The notes under the pieces were generated by a model. The model had not been told where the DNA came from and did no database searches. It saw only the letters and a program-made list of their open reading frames with translations. From the NCBI GenBank assembly GCA_951406725.2, contig OX597833.1, forward strand, positions 15,500,001-15,564,000: 64,000 bases of DNA. Reading direction: 5' to 3'. Below are positions 1 to 13,319 of the stretch, piece after piece. Position 1 is the stretch's first letter. Each line of letters opens with the position of its first letter. The translations under genes were made by a program, and so were the position numbers. The DNA is from Octopus vulgaris. Taxonomy: Eukaryota.

Positions 1-30
1 TGGTAGACGGAAACTGAAAGAAGCCTGTCG

Positions 31-67
<37 letters not shown>

Positions 68-283
68 TTGTGTGTCTGTGTTTGTCCCCCTAGCATTGCT
101 TGACAACCGATGCTGGTGTGTTTACGTCCCCGTAAATTAGCGGTTCGGCAAAAGAGACCGATAAAATAAGTACTGGGCTTACAAAGAATAAGTCCCGGGG
201 TCGATTTGCTCGACTAAAGGCGGTGCTCCAGCATGGCCGCAGCCAAATGACTGAAACAAGTAAAAGAGTAAAAGAGTAAAGAG
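1..283 (+). mobile_element. SINE family A (tRNA-derived, internal TA/TG microsatellite, (TAAAAGAG)n tail); 5' part outside window
   Basis: Matches the 3' two-thirds of the full copies at 40392-40810 and 52914-53322. Confidence 0.9.
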
Positions 284-295
284 TATATATATATA

Positions 296-657
296 TATTC
301 TTTTATTGTTTTATCTTTTTCAGGCATTTGAATGCGGCCTTGCTAGAGCACCGCCTTTACTCGAACAAATCGACCCTAAGACTTATTCTCTGTAAGCCTA
401 GTAATTATTCTATGGGTCTAATTTTGGTCCCTTTTTCCAAACCGCCAAAACACATCAACATCGGTTGTCAAGCGACAGTGGGGCGACAAACACTGACGCG
501 CGCACACACACACATATATACGACGGTCTTCTTTCGGTTTCGTCTACCAATTCCACTAACAAGTCTTTGGTCCGATCGAAGTCATAGTAGAAGACACTTG
601 CCCTACATGCTACGCAGTGGGACTGAACCCGGAGCCGTGTGGTTGAAAAACAAGCTA
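296..657 (-). mobile_element. SINE family A, diverged copy
   Basis: Reverse-strand similarity to family A (gcaccgccttta, cgtctaccaa, agaagacacttgccc, gggactgaaccc). Confidence 0.8.
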
Positions 658-732
658 TATATATATATATATAGTACGTTTATATATTTTATAAAATGAA
701 GCTAAACTACCAAAATGACCATTCCGAAATAT

Positions 733-799
<67 letters not shown>

Positions 800-854
800 G
801 ATATATATATATATATATATGAATAAAAAATGGAGTTAACGCAGGTTTAAACAA

Positions 855-919
<65 letters not shown>

Positions 920-1084
920 GATATATATATATATATAAAGAAAAAAATACAAGACTTTCTCTCTTCACAAGCGTTAAACTAATACGTCTGTTTTTCTTTA
1001 CACACACGTCTTCGTCTATTGTTTTTGTAAATTCCAACTATATATATATATATATTTATTATTATTATTAGTAGTAGTAGTAGT

Positions 1085-1364
1085 TATGCGCCCTTTTCAA
1101 GCCTAGTTTCTATGGCGTATGTGTTCCTTTTAGCTGGGCGGGACACCAGTCCATCGCAGCGTTACTCAAGAGACAGGAAGAAAGAGTGAGAGAAAGATGG
1201 GGGTGAAAAGTACATCGGGGGTCGCCACCAACCCGTGCTTGAGCCTCGTGGAGCTTTAGGTGTTTTCACTTAATAAACACACATAACGCCCGGTCTGGGA
1301 ATCGAAACCACGATCCTCCGACCGCGAGTCCACTGCCCTAACCACTGGGCCATTGCACTTCCAC
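1085..1364 (-). mobile_element. SINE family B (tRNA head), tail type ii
   Basis: Minus strand reads caatggcccagtggttagggcag...gtttcgattccc (A and B boxes); tail shared with 32302-32614. Confidence 0.85.
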
Positions 1365-1387
1365 ACACACACACACACACACATATT

Positions 1388-1843
1388 ACTCTCTCTTTAC
1401 TCTTTTACTTGTATCAGTCATTTGACTGCGGCCATGCTGGAGCACCGCCTTTAGTCGAGCAACTCGACCCCGGGACTTATTCTTTTGTAAGCCCAGTACT
1501 TATTCTATCGGTCTGTTTTGCCGAACCGCTAAGTTACGGGGACGTAAACACGCCAGCATCGGTTGTCAAGCAATGCTAGGGGGACAAACACAGACACACC
1601 AACACATACGCACACACACACACACACACAGACACACACACACACAAATATATATATATATATATATACATACATATATACGACAGGCTTCTTTCAGTTT
1701 CCGTCTACCAAATCCACTCACAAGGCATTGGTCGGCCCGGGGCTATAGCAGAAGACACTTGCTCAAGATGCCACTCAGTGGGACTGAGCCGGGAACCATG
1801 TGGTGTGTAAGCAAGCTACTTACCACACAGCCACTCCTGCGCC

Positions 1844-1844
<1 letters not shown>
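1388..1844 (-). mobile_element. SINE family A, full length
   Basis: Minus strand starts aggcgcaggagtggctgtgtggtaag (A box), has a B-box-like ggctcagtccc, and ends in (taaaagag)n. Confidence 0.9.
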
Positions 1845-1879
<35 letters not shown>

Positions 1880-2048
1880 AACAAAAACAAACACGCGCAC
1901 GCAAGAGTATATATTCATAGTGATGCCCTCCTATTTTCTTTCTCTTCATCTACCGGCATTCGTTGCTCGCTCTTCTGCATGCACCGTCTCCCTCTTCACA
2001 TCCCCTTTAAATTTTCACTCCTTTTTTACCCCTCTTAGATCTCACTTA

Positions 2049-2430
2049 GGAGCCTCAATGGCCCAGTGGTTAGGGCAGCGGACTCGCGGTCGTAGGATCG
2101 CGGTTTCGATTCCCAGACCGGGCGTTGTGAGTGTTTATTGAGCGAAAACACCTAAAGCTCCACGAGGCTCCGGCAGGGGATGGTGGTGATCCCTGCTGTA
2201 CTCTTTCACCACAACTTTCTCTCACTCTTACTTCCTATTTCTGTTGTACCTTTATTTCAAAGGGCCGGCCTTGTCAATCCCTGTGTCACGCTGAATATCC
2301 CCGAGAACTACGTTAAGGGTACACGTGTCTGTGGAGTGCTCAGCCACTTACACGTTAATTTCACGAGCAGGCTGTTCCGTTGATTCGGATCAACCGGAAC
2401 CCTCGTCGTCGTAACCGACGGAGTGCTTCC
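2049..2430 (+). mobile_element. SINE family B, tail type i, with target-site duplication (TSD)
   Basis: A box tggcccagtgg, B box gtttcgattcc; flanked by atctcactta on both sides; near-identical to 21851, 25499 and 45912. Confidence 0.92.
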
Positions 2431-3015
2431 ATCCATATCTCACTTATACGAATCTGTAGTTCGATCATAATCACAATAAACAGCACAGGCTAAAATTTGA
2501 AGTCCCAGTCAAAACAACGTATCGGAAAAATTTGACTCTGCTAAATGAGCTGAGCGCTTTAACGCTGTACAGTATATTATTTCAAACTATATAATTTAAC
2601 GACGCTAACGCAAATACGTACGTACACACAGTCGCGTTACACACTTTATATAATGTGGTAGACTTACCCTTAAGATATGATACTAAGGCATCGGCAAATC
2701 AAGAAAGTACTTAACGAGTTTCAATGCTGCTGCGAAAGTTATTTTTATAGTTCGAAGTTTAATTACTTCTTCGTACTCTTTCATCTCTTAATATGAAAGA
2801 CGAAACATCTTAACATCTTGAAAGTGAACTTTGAATGAATAATTCATACATACATAAATATATATAAACATACATACACGCTTATATTTATATATACATA
2901 ATAAGCATCTATCTATCTATCCATCTATGCATCTATCTATCTATACATCTCTCTCTATATATACATCTATCTATCTATACAACTCTCTCTATATATACAT
3001 CTATCTATCTATACA

Positions 3016-3046
<31 letters not shown>

Positions 3047-3047
3047 G

Positions 3048-3078
<31 letters not shown>

Positions 3079-3138
3079 ATATATAGTTATATATTAATAT
3101 TCACATTTGTTTTATGTATTTTCCTGTTTCACTATATA

Positions 3139-3184
<46 letters not shown>

Positions 3185-3941
3185 TATATATATATATACA
3201 TATGTGTGTGTGTGTGTGTATATATTTATGTATATTGTGTATATGTATATATCTATATAACATTAAACTGATGGATTTTATGATGAGTATATATATACTA
3301 AGAGTATGGATGTGTGTGTGTGTGAGCTTATGATTTTCTATGATGTATATTATAATGTATATCTAAATGAATATATAACAAAGTTTGTGCGTTGATTTGA
3401 TGTCCATCTACGCAGTTCCTTATATTTTATGTGTCTCGCTGTCTACACTTTCACTACAAAGGTTGTAGCTATGTATTTTACTAATCTACACTTCCCTCTC
3501 CCCCTCATTCTCCTCTTCCTCCTCATCATTGAAAAATCTGTAATTTCGATTCATTTCCACGTTAACCACTGCTTTCTAGTTTTCATTTTCTTCTAGCTGC
3601 ATATTCTATTTCTATCTTTTCAAATCGTTTTAGTAATTGCGCGTTCTTATCACTGCTCCGGTAAAGATATTTCTTATACGTAATAAAAGTTGTTTCGAAA
3701 TTTGGCAGAAAGCAAATAAATTCGGGAGAGGTGTTAAGTAATTTACATCGACTGCATTGCAAAACTGCTACTTACTTTATCGACCCCAAAATAATTAGAG
3801 GCAAAACTTGAAATTCAGATCGTAGAAATGGGAAGAATGCCGCCATATTTATTGTTCGACGTGTTAACAGTTCTACCAGTTCCCTGCCTTCTCGCAACAG
3901 CGATAACATACGTATGCGTGTGCGCTCGTGTGTTTGTGTGC

Positions 3942-3978
<37 letters not shown>

Positions 3979-4099
3979 CTTGTATGAAGATATCTCACAC
4001 GAATAAACACAAGGCAGGAACGACGACCGAAATGTCTTCACATTTAAACAATTTAAGTTAACACAACGCTAAAATATAATACTAATAATTGTGATAACC

Positions 4100-4650
4100 A
4101 TTTCTACTATAGGCACAGCGCCTGCAATTTGGTGTGTAACCAGTGTGTAACTGGTATTTATTTCATTGACCCCATTAAGCTGAAAGCAAAGTCGACCTCG
4201 ACGGAATTTGAACTCAGAACGTAACGGCAGACGAAATACCTATTTCTTTATTACCCACAAGGGGCTAAACACAGAGGGGACAAACAACGACAGACAAATG
4301 GATCAAGTCGATTATATCGATCCCAGTGAGTAACTGGTACTTATTTAATCGATCCCGAAAGGCCAAGTCGACCTCGGCGGAATTTGAACTCAGAACGTAG
4401 CAGCAGACGAAATACCTATTTCTTTACTACCCACAAGGGGCTAAACACAGAGAGAATAAACAAGGACAGACAAACGGATTAAGTCGATTACATCAACCCC
4501 AGTGCGTAACTGGTACTTATTATTTAATTGACCCCGAAAGGATGAAAGGCAAAGTCGACCTCGGTAGAATTTGAACTCAGAACGTAACGGCAGACGAAAT
4601 ACGGCTACGCATTTCGCCCGGCGTGCTAACGTTTCTGCCAGATCGCCGCC
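4100..4650 (-). mobile_element. SINE family C, head plus tandem ~180-bp units
   Basis: Repeated gtcgacctcggcggaatttgaactcagaacgt units; head ggcggcgatctggcagaaacgttagc on minus; imperfect flanking repeat ataatt(g/a)tgataac. Confidence 0.85.
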
Positions 4651-4746
4651 ATGTTAATAATTATGATAACAATTGAGAAACCAAGACTCTAAAAATAAAT
4701 CAAGTGCAATAAAACACCTATTCTTTAATTATATGCTCTATGCAAC

Positions 4747-4818
<72 letters not shown>

Positions 4819-5350
4819 ATGTATAATACGATTTAAAACGACATTTTTATCTAAACTATTGACTGAAAAGGAGCTAACTCCAACTTGATTCGACCCACAG
4901 ATCAACGCTTCCACAGCTCCTTGCGCATTCGATTCATCCAGAATACTCATCCATAAATTTCAGTCACATTTTATGAATAGAAACATAACTGCAAATAACT
5001 ACATATAATATTTGATTATAAACCCGGAGGTTTGATAAATTACGGAGCAACTATTTCCATATACATATATTTTAATATGTCACACCTACGGACTGAACAC
5101 AACAACGATTGGACACACACACACACACACACACACACATAAATACACAAACACACACTCACACACGCGCGCGCGCATACATACACTTATCATTTGCCTT
5201 AAATTTCTCCGTGAAAATAATATGAACTTTTATTCACAAGCATGTTGTCCCTTACAGCAAAGTAATTTATTCAGACGGTACTATTTCTCCGCTACATATT
5301 GCTGCGCTCGTTGTAAAATGATTTTCCTGGTATATTTTGACATTTTTAAG

Positions 5351-5500
5351 ACCAAGGAGAATAGCTTCACGGATGCAAAGAAGATCCCGTACAAGCTGTT
5401 GCCTTATGCTGAGCCGGGGAGTAATTTTGTCTTGTTAGATGAAAAGAACTTCTACCAGGACGTGTTGCACAACACCCAGAAAAACAGGTGGCAACGCCAG
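5351..5500 (+). CDS. Candidate internal coding exon (150 nt, phase 0/0), TKENSFTDAKKIPYKLLPYAEPGSNFVLLDEKNFYQDVLHNTQKNRWQRQ; product unknown
   Basis: Acceptor catttttaag|, donor cag|gtatat; only one plus frame is open; 36 of 50 codons end in G/C against an AT-rich background. Confidence 0.5.
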
Positions 5501-5567
5501 GTATATCTGCTATTATGTAAATATATATATATATATATATATAAGTGTGTGTGTGTATGTGTGTATA

Positions 5568-5778
5568 TACTCTTTACTCTTTTACTTGTTTCAGTCATTT
5601 GACTGCAGCCATGCTGGAGCACCGCATTTAATCGAGCAAATCGGCCCCGGGACTTATGCTTTGTAAGCCCAGTACTTATTCTATCGGTCTCTTTTTACCG
5701 AGCCGCTAAGTGAAGGGGACATAAACACACCAGCATAGGTTGTCAACCAATGCTAGGGGAACAAACACAAACACACAC

Positions 5779-5858
<80 letters not shown>

Positions 5859-5964
5859 GACAGGCTTATTTCAGTTTCCGTCAACCAAATCCACTCACAA
5901 GGCTTTGGGACTGAATCCGGAACCATGTGGTTGGTAAACAAGCTACTTACCACACAGCCACTCC

Positions 5965-5965
<1 letters not shown>
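5568..5965 (-). mobile_element. SINE family A with internal deletion
   Basis: Family A sequence; the segment between caaggcttt and gggactgaa is missing. Confidence 0.85.
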
Positions 5966-5998
<33 letters not shown>

Positions 5999-5999
5999 A

Positions 6000-6330
6000 T
6001 TGCAGCGTGGAAGGTGATTATAAGCCATTTAAGAAACACACAAAGACCGTTAGATTCTCTTCAACATTTAAATTTAATTTGCCGAAATATTTTCGTCGCT
6101 TTGACACCGCGATTTGTTCACTGACAAAATTACGTGCTATGCAGCACGGAACAGGTCGTGGTCACAAAGCGACGAACATTTTTTGGCAAATTAAATTTAA
6201 ATGTTGAAGTGAATCTAACGGTTTTTGTGTGTTTCTTAAATGGCTTATAAACATCTTACACGCTGTAATTGTTTTCGTTCCAGCACACGATCTCAGATCA
6301 GGTCACTTGCTTTGCAAGTACATCTCCATA
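6000..6330. repeat. ~270-bp fold-back palindrome, probable PLE terminal-repeat remnant (same family as 43763-44075)
   Basis: 6000-6125 is the reverse complement of ~6145-6268; the sequence recurs at 43.8-44.1 kb. Confidence 0.75.
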
Positions 6331-6333
6331 ATA

Positions 6334-6394
<61 letters not shown>

Positions 6395-6428
6395 AATATG
6401 TATATATATATACATACATATATGTATG

Positions 6429-6469
<41 letters not shown>

Positions 6470-6495
6470 ATATATTCAGAGAGAGACAGAGACGT

Positions 6496-6548
<53 letters not shown>

Positions 6549-8425
6549 CACATAAATAAATGTATATACGTATGCGCACATGTGGATGTGTTCGAATGTC
6601 TCTCGTTTATGATTGCTACTTTAGATTAAGTCCCTCAAGTGATTGTTTATATAAGTAGATTATTCGTATTTCAATCTCGTTTGGTTTTATCTTCGATAAA
6701 TAATAAAAGGTGAATATTACCTGAAGTCATATTTACTTGCTTTTCTCATTTTGTACAATAATTGCACTGCACCATTAACTTTATATACCATAGACCTAAT
6801 GGATGCATTAATTCTGTGGAGTGAAAAGCATAGGAGTTAATAAATTCTGACCAAACCATAAATATCCTTATGTAAATTGTATAGAAATTGTATACAACTC
6901 AAGTGAGAAAACATATACTTTACTCCAATGGAATAGAATGAGATGCAATTAGTTTACATTTACAATAATTTAGTATTTTATACGTCTTTCATACGACTTC
7001 TCCCGGGGATTTTATCATAACTTTATTTTACAATAAACAAATTGTATGTTTCTCATCAAATGGCACTCGTATCATAACAGAGAAATTAATAAAGAGTAAT
7101 TGTACAACTTCGTTTTCTTTCTTATTTATTATTATTTCTAATGTGATTATCCGGTGATAGAGTAAAAATCGGATCGTTGGCGATACATTGTTAAATTTCC
7201 TTGTTAATATTTACCAATGGATAACAAAATAAGCTGGCGGAAATAACTCAAGTGGTACACTAGCAGCAATGTAGATAAGAAAATAATTGTTGAAGGACAA
7301 AATGTGTTGAAGGTCGAATGATTCGAATTTAATTGATATTTTCCACTTGACTGAAGAAAGAAAATAAAAACACTTGCGGCGGTGTTGCTAATGGATGACT
7401 TTTAAGTATTAGCGGAATCGTTAGCGCATTCAACATGAGTTCACATTCTGCAGAGATCGACTTTCCGGTTTATAATCTCAGGGTCGATAAAACAAATCTT
7501 AGCTGAGCACTGAGGTCCATGCAATTGAGAGCCCCTGCTCCAAAACTTTAGGGATCTTTTCCAATAAAGGACAGGATTGTTACTATTCCTAAGGTGGTGA
7601 GTTGGAAGAGCTGTTAGCACACCGGGGAAAATGATATACGCCATTTTGTCTGCATTTTATGTTCTCAGTTTAAATTGTGCCGAGTTCGACTTCACTTCTG
7701 ACCCATTCGAGTTCGATCAAAAATATATACCAGTTGAAATTCGGGTCAGTATAATTGACTTAACCACTCCCCATAAGTTGCTGGACTTGTGCTAAAACTT
7801 GAAACTAATAATATTTTTGTTGCCCTTGTTGTTGTTATTCTTCTTCTTCTTTTTCTTCTTCTTCTGATATCATAATTATGTGTAATTTTAATAATTCATT
7901 CGAGTATGCTAATTATTGTGTCCCTGTCTGTTGTATATAATTCACTCTTACAAATTTGTCTCGATATCGAAAACGCAATTTCCTCATTTTATTTTATGTT
8001 ATTCATTCTAAGTAAGTAATTATATTCCGTTCTGAAATGGTCAACGACACCACAGTTGTTCTGCCATTACATCCAAAATATATATCGTAAAATTAAATTC
8101 TGTCTATGTTGCATAATAACAACTCACGTTACAGACTATAAGTACTTTGAATTCAGTCAACGTAGCCTGGCTATATATCTTCATAATTCTTCTATTCATA
8201 TATTTTCCATGTAAAACTTAGATATAGTTGCACGCCTGTTGGAACAGACATATCGACGAAGGAACACTAATTATTCAAAAATGGCCATAACAGGAATCTT
8301 AGGACGAAACACTATCATCTTACGAGGTAATTCTCTAAAACATGATTTAATATTGGTTTATTGCATTTCCTTTCATAATGGCTTCATATTACCAAATTTA
8401 CGAAACTTAAATCACTGACAACGTC

Positions 8426-8519
<94 letters not shown>

Positions 8520-8670
8520 ATATATATATATATATATATATACACGTTCAGTAAAACTTTAGATTCAGTACTTAAGTTAAAGGCACCAGAATTTAGTATG
8601 GTATTATCCACATAATTCAAAATGGGGTGATTAAAATCAAAATAAGCAACAAGGATATCCAGAAGTAATG

Positions 8671-8754
8671 CAGTAAGATCGTTTCATGTGACTCCATTTA
8701 ATTGAACAATACAAGTATTACATCAATTTGAAAATGTAAAGCAATCTTCAGCTG
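8671..8754 (-). ncRNA. Degenerate type I hammerhead-like motif (family H2)
   Basis: Minus strand: cag-CTGAAGA-(long insert)-GAAAC-gatc-TTA-ctg; stem III mispaired and stem II unclear. Confidence 0.35.
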
Positions 8755-8836
8755 TATAAAAATATAGAATTTATTTAAATTTAAAAGATTCATTTTCATA
8801 GTTATACCATTAACTAAAATCAAAAAGAGGGTAAGT

Positions 8837-8919
<83 letters not shown>

Positions 8920-9160
8920 AGAGTATGTGAGTGTGTGTGCGTGAGTTCATGAGTGTGTGTCTGTGTGTGAAAATTAGAATGACAAAGGAAAAGAAATGAT
9001 CTAATGGACTTTATTACCTTAGAGATGTTCTGCCACAAGTTGCAATGCACTTATAGTTGTATGCTTTTATATCACTCTATAGCTTCATCGGAAATTCAAA
9101 GTTGAAGCGCCATTTTATTTGGGTAAGCAAATATATGAATATATACATACACACAAACAC

Positions 9161-9218
<58 letters not shown>

Positions 9219-9229
9219 CAAAACATTTT

Positions 9230-9841
9230 GTTGTGATGAGAGTTATGACGCCTTCTTGTGAGAGATAGAATGGCCTGAGTAAACTATAAATAGTGGGCGT
9301 AGGAGAGGCTGTGTGGTAGGTAGCTTGCTTACGAACCACACTTTCGGGTTCAGTTCCACTGCGTGGCACCTTGTCTTCTACTGTAGCCTTGGGCCGACCA
9401 AAGCCTTGTGAGTGGATTTGGTAGACGGAAAGAATCCTGTCGTATATGTGTATGTTTGTGTGTCTGTGTTTGTCACACTACCCCCAACATCGTTTGACAA
9501 CCGATGCTAGTGTGTTTACGTCCCCGTATCTTAGTGGTTCGGCAAAAGAGACCGATAGAATAAGTACTAGGCTTGCAAAAAATAATTCCCGGGGTCAATT
9601 TGCTCGACTAAAGGCGGTGCTTCAGCGTGGCCACTGTCAAATGACTGAAACAAGTAAAATAGTAAAAGAGAGTAACGATCCGAGAGAGTTTGAGAGTTCA
9701 GAGTTTGGAGGCGATTGAACTTCGTGTTAGTTCGCAGAAAAACCGGGAGGAATATTGATTGTTGGTTCGTAAAGAGATTTGTTAGTTCGTTACATAAACG
9801 TTACTGTTGTCTGGTTATCTTATTTATTGTATGTAATAAAT

Positions 9842-9845
<4 letters not shown>
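9230..9845 (+). mobile_element. Candidate 5' LTR of the downstream Gypsy element, interrupted by a SINE
   Basis: Starts tgttgtg, TATA-like ctataaatag near 9285, aataaa near 9835, ends ttaca; only repeat insertions separate it from the PBS at 13255. No second LTR seen. Confidence 0.35.
9296..9672 (+). mobile_element. SINE family A
   Basis: Head ggcgtaggagaggctgtgtgg, B-box-like gggttcagttcc, tail gtaaaagagag. Confidence 0.85.
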
Positions 9846-9885
<40 letters not shown>

Positions 9886-9968
9886 GGTCCCGGGTTGATT
9901 CGGGGTTAACCACAGTAAATAAGGTACTCAATACATAGCAGAGTAAAATTAATTTATTATATAGAAGG

Positions 9969-10019
9969 AGCTTCTACAGGACTAGAACTGTTTCATTCAA
10001 GAGAAATCTTCAGGAAGCT
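9969..10019 (-). ncRNA. Type I hammerhead ribozyme motif (family H1)
   Basis: agcttc-CTGAAGA-tttctcttgaat-GAAA-cag ttctagtc ctg-TA-gaagct: 6-bp stem I, 4-bp stem III, GUA site; weak stem II lacking the G-C closing pair. Confidence 0.65.
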
Positions 10020-10526
10020 AGTTAACAAGAATTGTATTGGCATTTATACATTTAGGCAGGTTTAAAGGGGTGTTGGTGGGGGACTTTTTGGGGGTAGGCA
10101 TAGCGCAAAATATCATACTTGGGGGAGTGGTCAAGGAGTCAGTATTAAATTAGATAGAAGAATAAATAAAAAAAAAATAATAAAATAAAAAAATAAATAA
10201 ATAAAAAAATAAAAATATATATATATATATATAAAAAAAGGGGGAATAGAGTTTTAGGTAAATAAGGAGATTCTCACTTATACCTATGCACATATGTATA
10301 CATATATACACACGCACGTATACACACATGTATATATACACACACGACCACACATACATATATACACAGAAAAATATATATACACATACACACACATACA
10401 CTCACATACACGCATACACACACAAATCCACACACACACATGCACACACAGCACACTAGTCCCTATATACACATATATACACATACACACATATATACAC
10501 ACACATACATATACATACACATATAC

Positions 10527-10588
<62 letters not shown>

Positions 10589-10983
10589 GTGTACCTATGC
10601 ATATCTACACATACACACATATATATATACACATACAAATACAGACCCATTCCCTAATTTTAATTTTATTATCTTCGTTTATTACTTTTGTTATCTTTGG
10701 CCGCTTGGTCACAAACATCTTGGCTATGACAGCCAGTCCATTTATCTGTCTACTGGAAAACAAGCACTCATTCACTCACGCACACTCTTTAGCACGTACA
10801 CTCACTCATTCGTACACTCATACACATACACGCACGCACGCGTTATATTCATACATACATACATCTACATACATTCACGTATATACACATACGTACGCGT
10901 ACCTACAGATTCATGTCTACACTCTTAGAATAAATATAAATACACACACATACACGTACACCTACATACAAATACATACATGT

Positions 10984-11037
<54 letters not shown>

Positions 11038-11258
11038 TCACATATACATACACATATATACATACACATACATACATACACATATATACACATATACACA
11101 CATATACACATATATACACACATAGACATACATACATATACACACATACACATACATACGTATACATACATACATACATCCATACATCCATACATACATA
11201 CATTTATACACATACACACACCCACATACATACATATATATACGCGCATATATATATC

Positions 11259-11290
<32 letters not shown>

Positions 11291-11698
11291 CATATATACA
11301 TATATATTCATACACACACATACATATACATACATACATATACAAATATACGCACACACGTACATACATACTCCTATACTCATACACGCACATACATATG
11401 TACATGCGTACCCATACACACACACACACACACGCGCGCATCCATATATACACATAAGTACACCCATGCGTGAAAGTATACATATATCTATGCTTACACA
11501 TACACACACACACACGCGCCTCCTTATATTCATACTTACATGCATACTCACAAAATAGTAAAATACATATACGCGCAGTTATTCATACATGCATACTCAA
11601 AAAATAAATAATAAATATTAAGTATATGTACGTGCAGTTACCTATTATATAGACGGATACATACATATAAACTTACACACACATATATATATATATAT

Positions 11699-11737
<39 letters not shown>

Positions 11738-11806
11738 CATATATATATACACACATATACATACACACACACACATACATACATATATATATACACACAC
11801 ACACAT

Positions 11807-11849
<43 letters not shown>

Positions 11850-12250
11850 CTTACACATGTACATATAAATACACACATAGATAACTCTACGTACCTACAT
11901 ATACATAAACACACGAGCGTACGCGTATATGTACATATACACATACACATACACACGCATATATATACATACATACATACACATACACACATGTATACAC
12001 ACACACACACATACACATATATATACATACACATATATATACATATATATACATATATATATACATATATATATATATATACATATATATACATACACAT
12101 ACACATACACACACACATATATACATGTGTGCAAACATACATACATTCTCATACAAGCACACACACTTACATTTACATATATACACACACTTACACACAT
12201 ATATACATACACATGTACATACATACATACGTATATGCATACATACACAT

Positions 12251-12281
<31 letters not shown>

Positions 12282-12364
12282 CATACATACACAAACACAT
12301 ACCCATACATATATATACACACATATATATACACATGCACATACTTATATCTCTACATACTCGC

Positions 12365-12405
<41 letters not shown>

Positions 12406-12565
12406 CACACACATACATATACCTATATACATGCATATATACACATACATATATATACACATATATACATATACACACACACATACATATACATATACAT
12501 ATATATAAACATATACACACATAATACACATATACACACACATACATATATGTATATATATATAT

Positions 12566-12662
<97 letters not shown>

Positions 12663-12979
12663 CATACATACATACACATATACATACATGTACATATACA
12701 CATACACACATATATATACACACACATACATATATCAACAATTGAGGGTAAAGTTAATTAGTTATTAATCAATTTCACCAAGTATTCAGTTGTAAAAGGA
12801 CCATTATTTTATTTTATTTTTATTTTTTTTTATTTATTCTTCTATCTAATTTAACACTGACTCCTTGACCACTCCCCCAAGTATGATATTTTGCGCTATG
12901 CCTACCCCCAAAAAGTCCCCCACCAACACCCCTTTAAACCTGCCTAAATGTATAAATGCCAATACAATTCTTGTTAACT

Positions 12980-13030
12980 AGCTTCCTGAAGATTTCTCTT
13001 GAATGAAAAAGTTCTAGTCCTGTAGAAGCT
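12980..13030 (+). ncRNA. Type I hammerhead motif (family H1), stem III C>A change
   Basis: agcttc-CTGAAGA-tttctcttgaat-GAAA-aag ttctagtc ctg-TA-gaagct. Confidence 0.5.
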
Positions 13031-13050
13031 CCTTCTATATAATAAATTAA

Positions 13051-13092
<42 letters not shown>

Positions 13093-13148
13093 CGTATGTA
13101 CGTATGTACGTATGTATGTATGCGTGTGTGTATGTATGTATGTATGTA

Positions 13149-13193
<45 letters not shown>

Positions 13194-13254
13194 TTGCTTA
13201 CCCAAATAAAATGGCCCTTCAACTTTGAATTTCCGATGAATCTATAGGGTAATC

Positions 13255-13267
13255 TGGCGACGAAGAT
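13255..13267 (+). promoter_or_regulatory. Primer-binding site (PBS) of LTR retrotransposon, tRNA-Ser(GCT)-like
   Basis: tggcgacgaagat vs TGGCGACGAGGAT, the complement of the tRNA-Ser(GCT) 3' end as recalled; lies 53 nt before the gag ATG. Confidence 0.6.
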
Positions 13268-13319
13268 ATCGAAGCTCACTTAGGTTATTCAACAATTATT
13301 TCGAGATACATGTTAAATA

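Larger units (their letters stand above)
9948..13050. repeat. ~260-bp inverted repeat (9948-10215 / 12805-13050) enclosing ~2.5 kb of compound CA/TA microsatellite
   Basis: Arms are near-exact reverse complements (e.g. ggggtgttggtgggggactttttgggggtagg vs cctacccccaaaaagtcccccaccaacacccc). Confidence 0.9.

Noticed and set aside
2049-2125. Functional tRNA genes at SINE heads
   Set aside because: A and B boxes are present but acceptor stems do not close; the heads continue into repeat bodies, often with TSDs.
2668-2815. Minus-strand exon ending at a strong GTAAGT donor
   Set aside because: The frames examined contain stops; it could be non-coding, but nothing else supports it.
9015-9095. Hammerhead in the outer inverted-repeat family
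   Set aside because: Only CCGATGA...GAAC remnants with no convincing stems; not counted among the HHR motifs.
10150-12768. Long ORFs (up to 387 aa) rich in Y/I/H/T or C/V/M
   Set aside because: Translations of TA/CA microsatellite, open in several frames on both strands. The same applies to ORFs at 16, 37-39, 57 and 62 kb.
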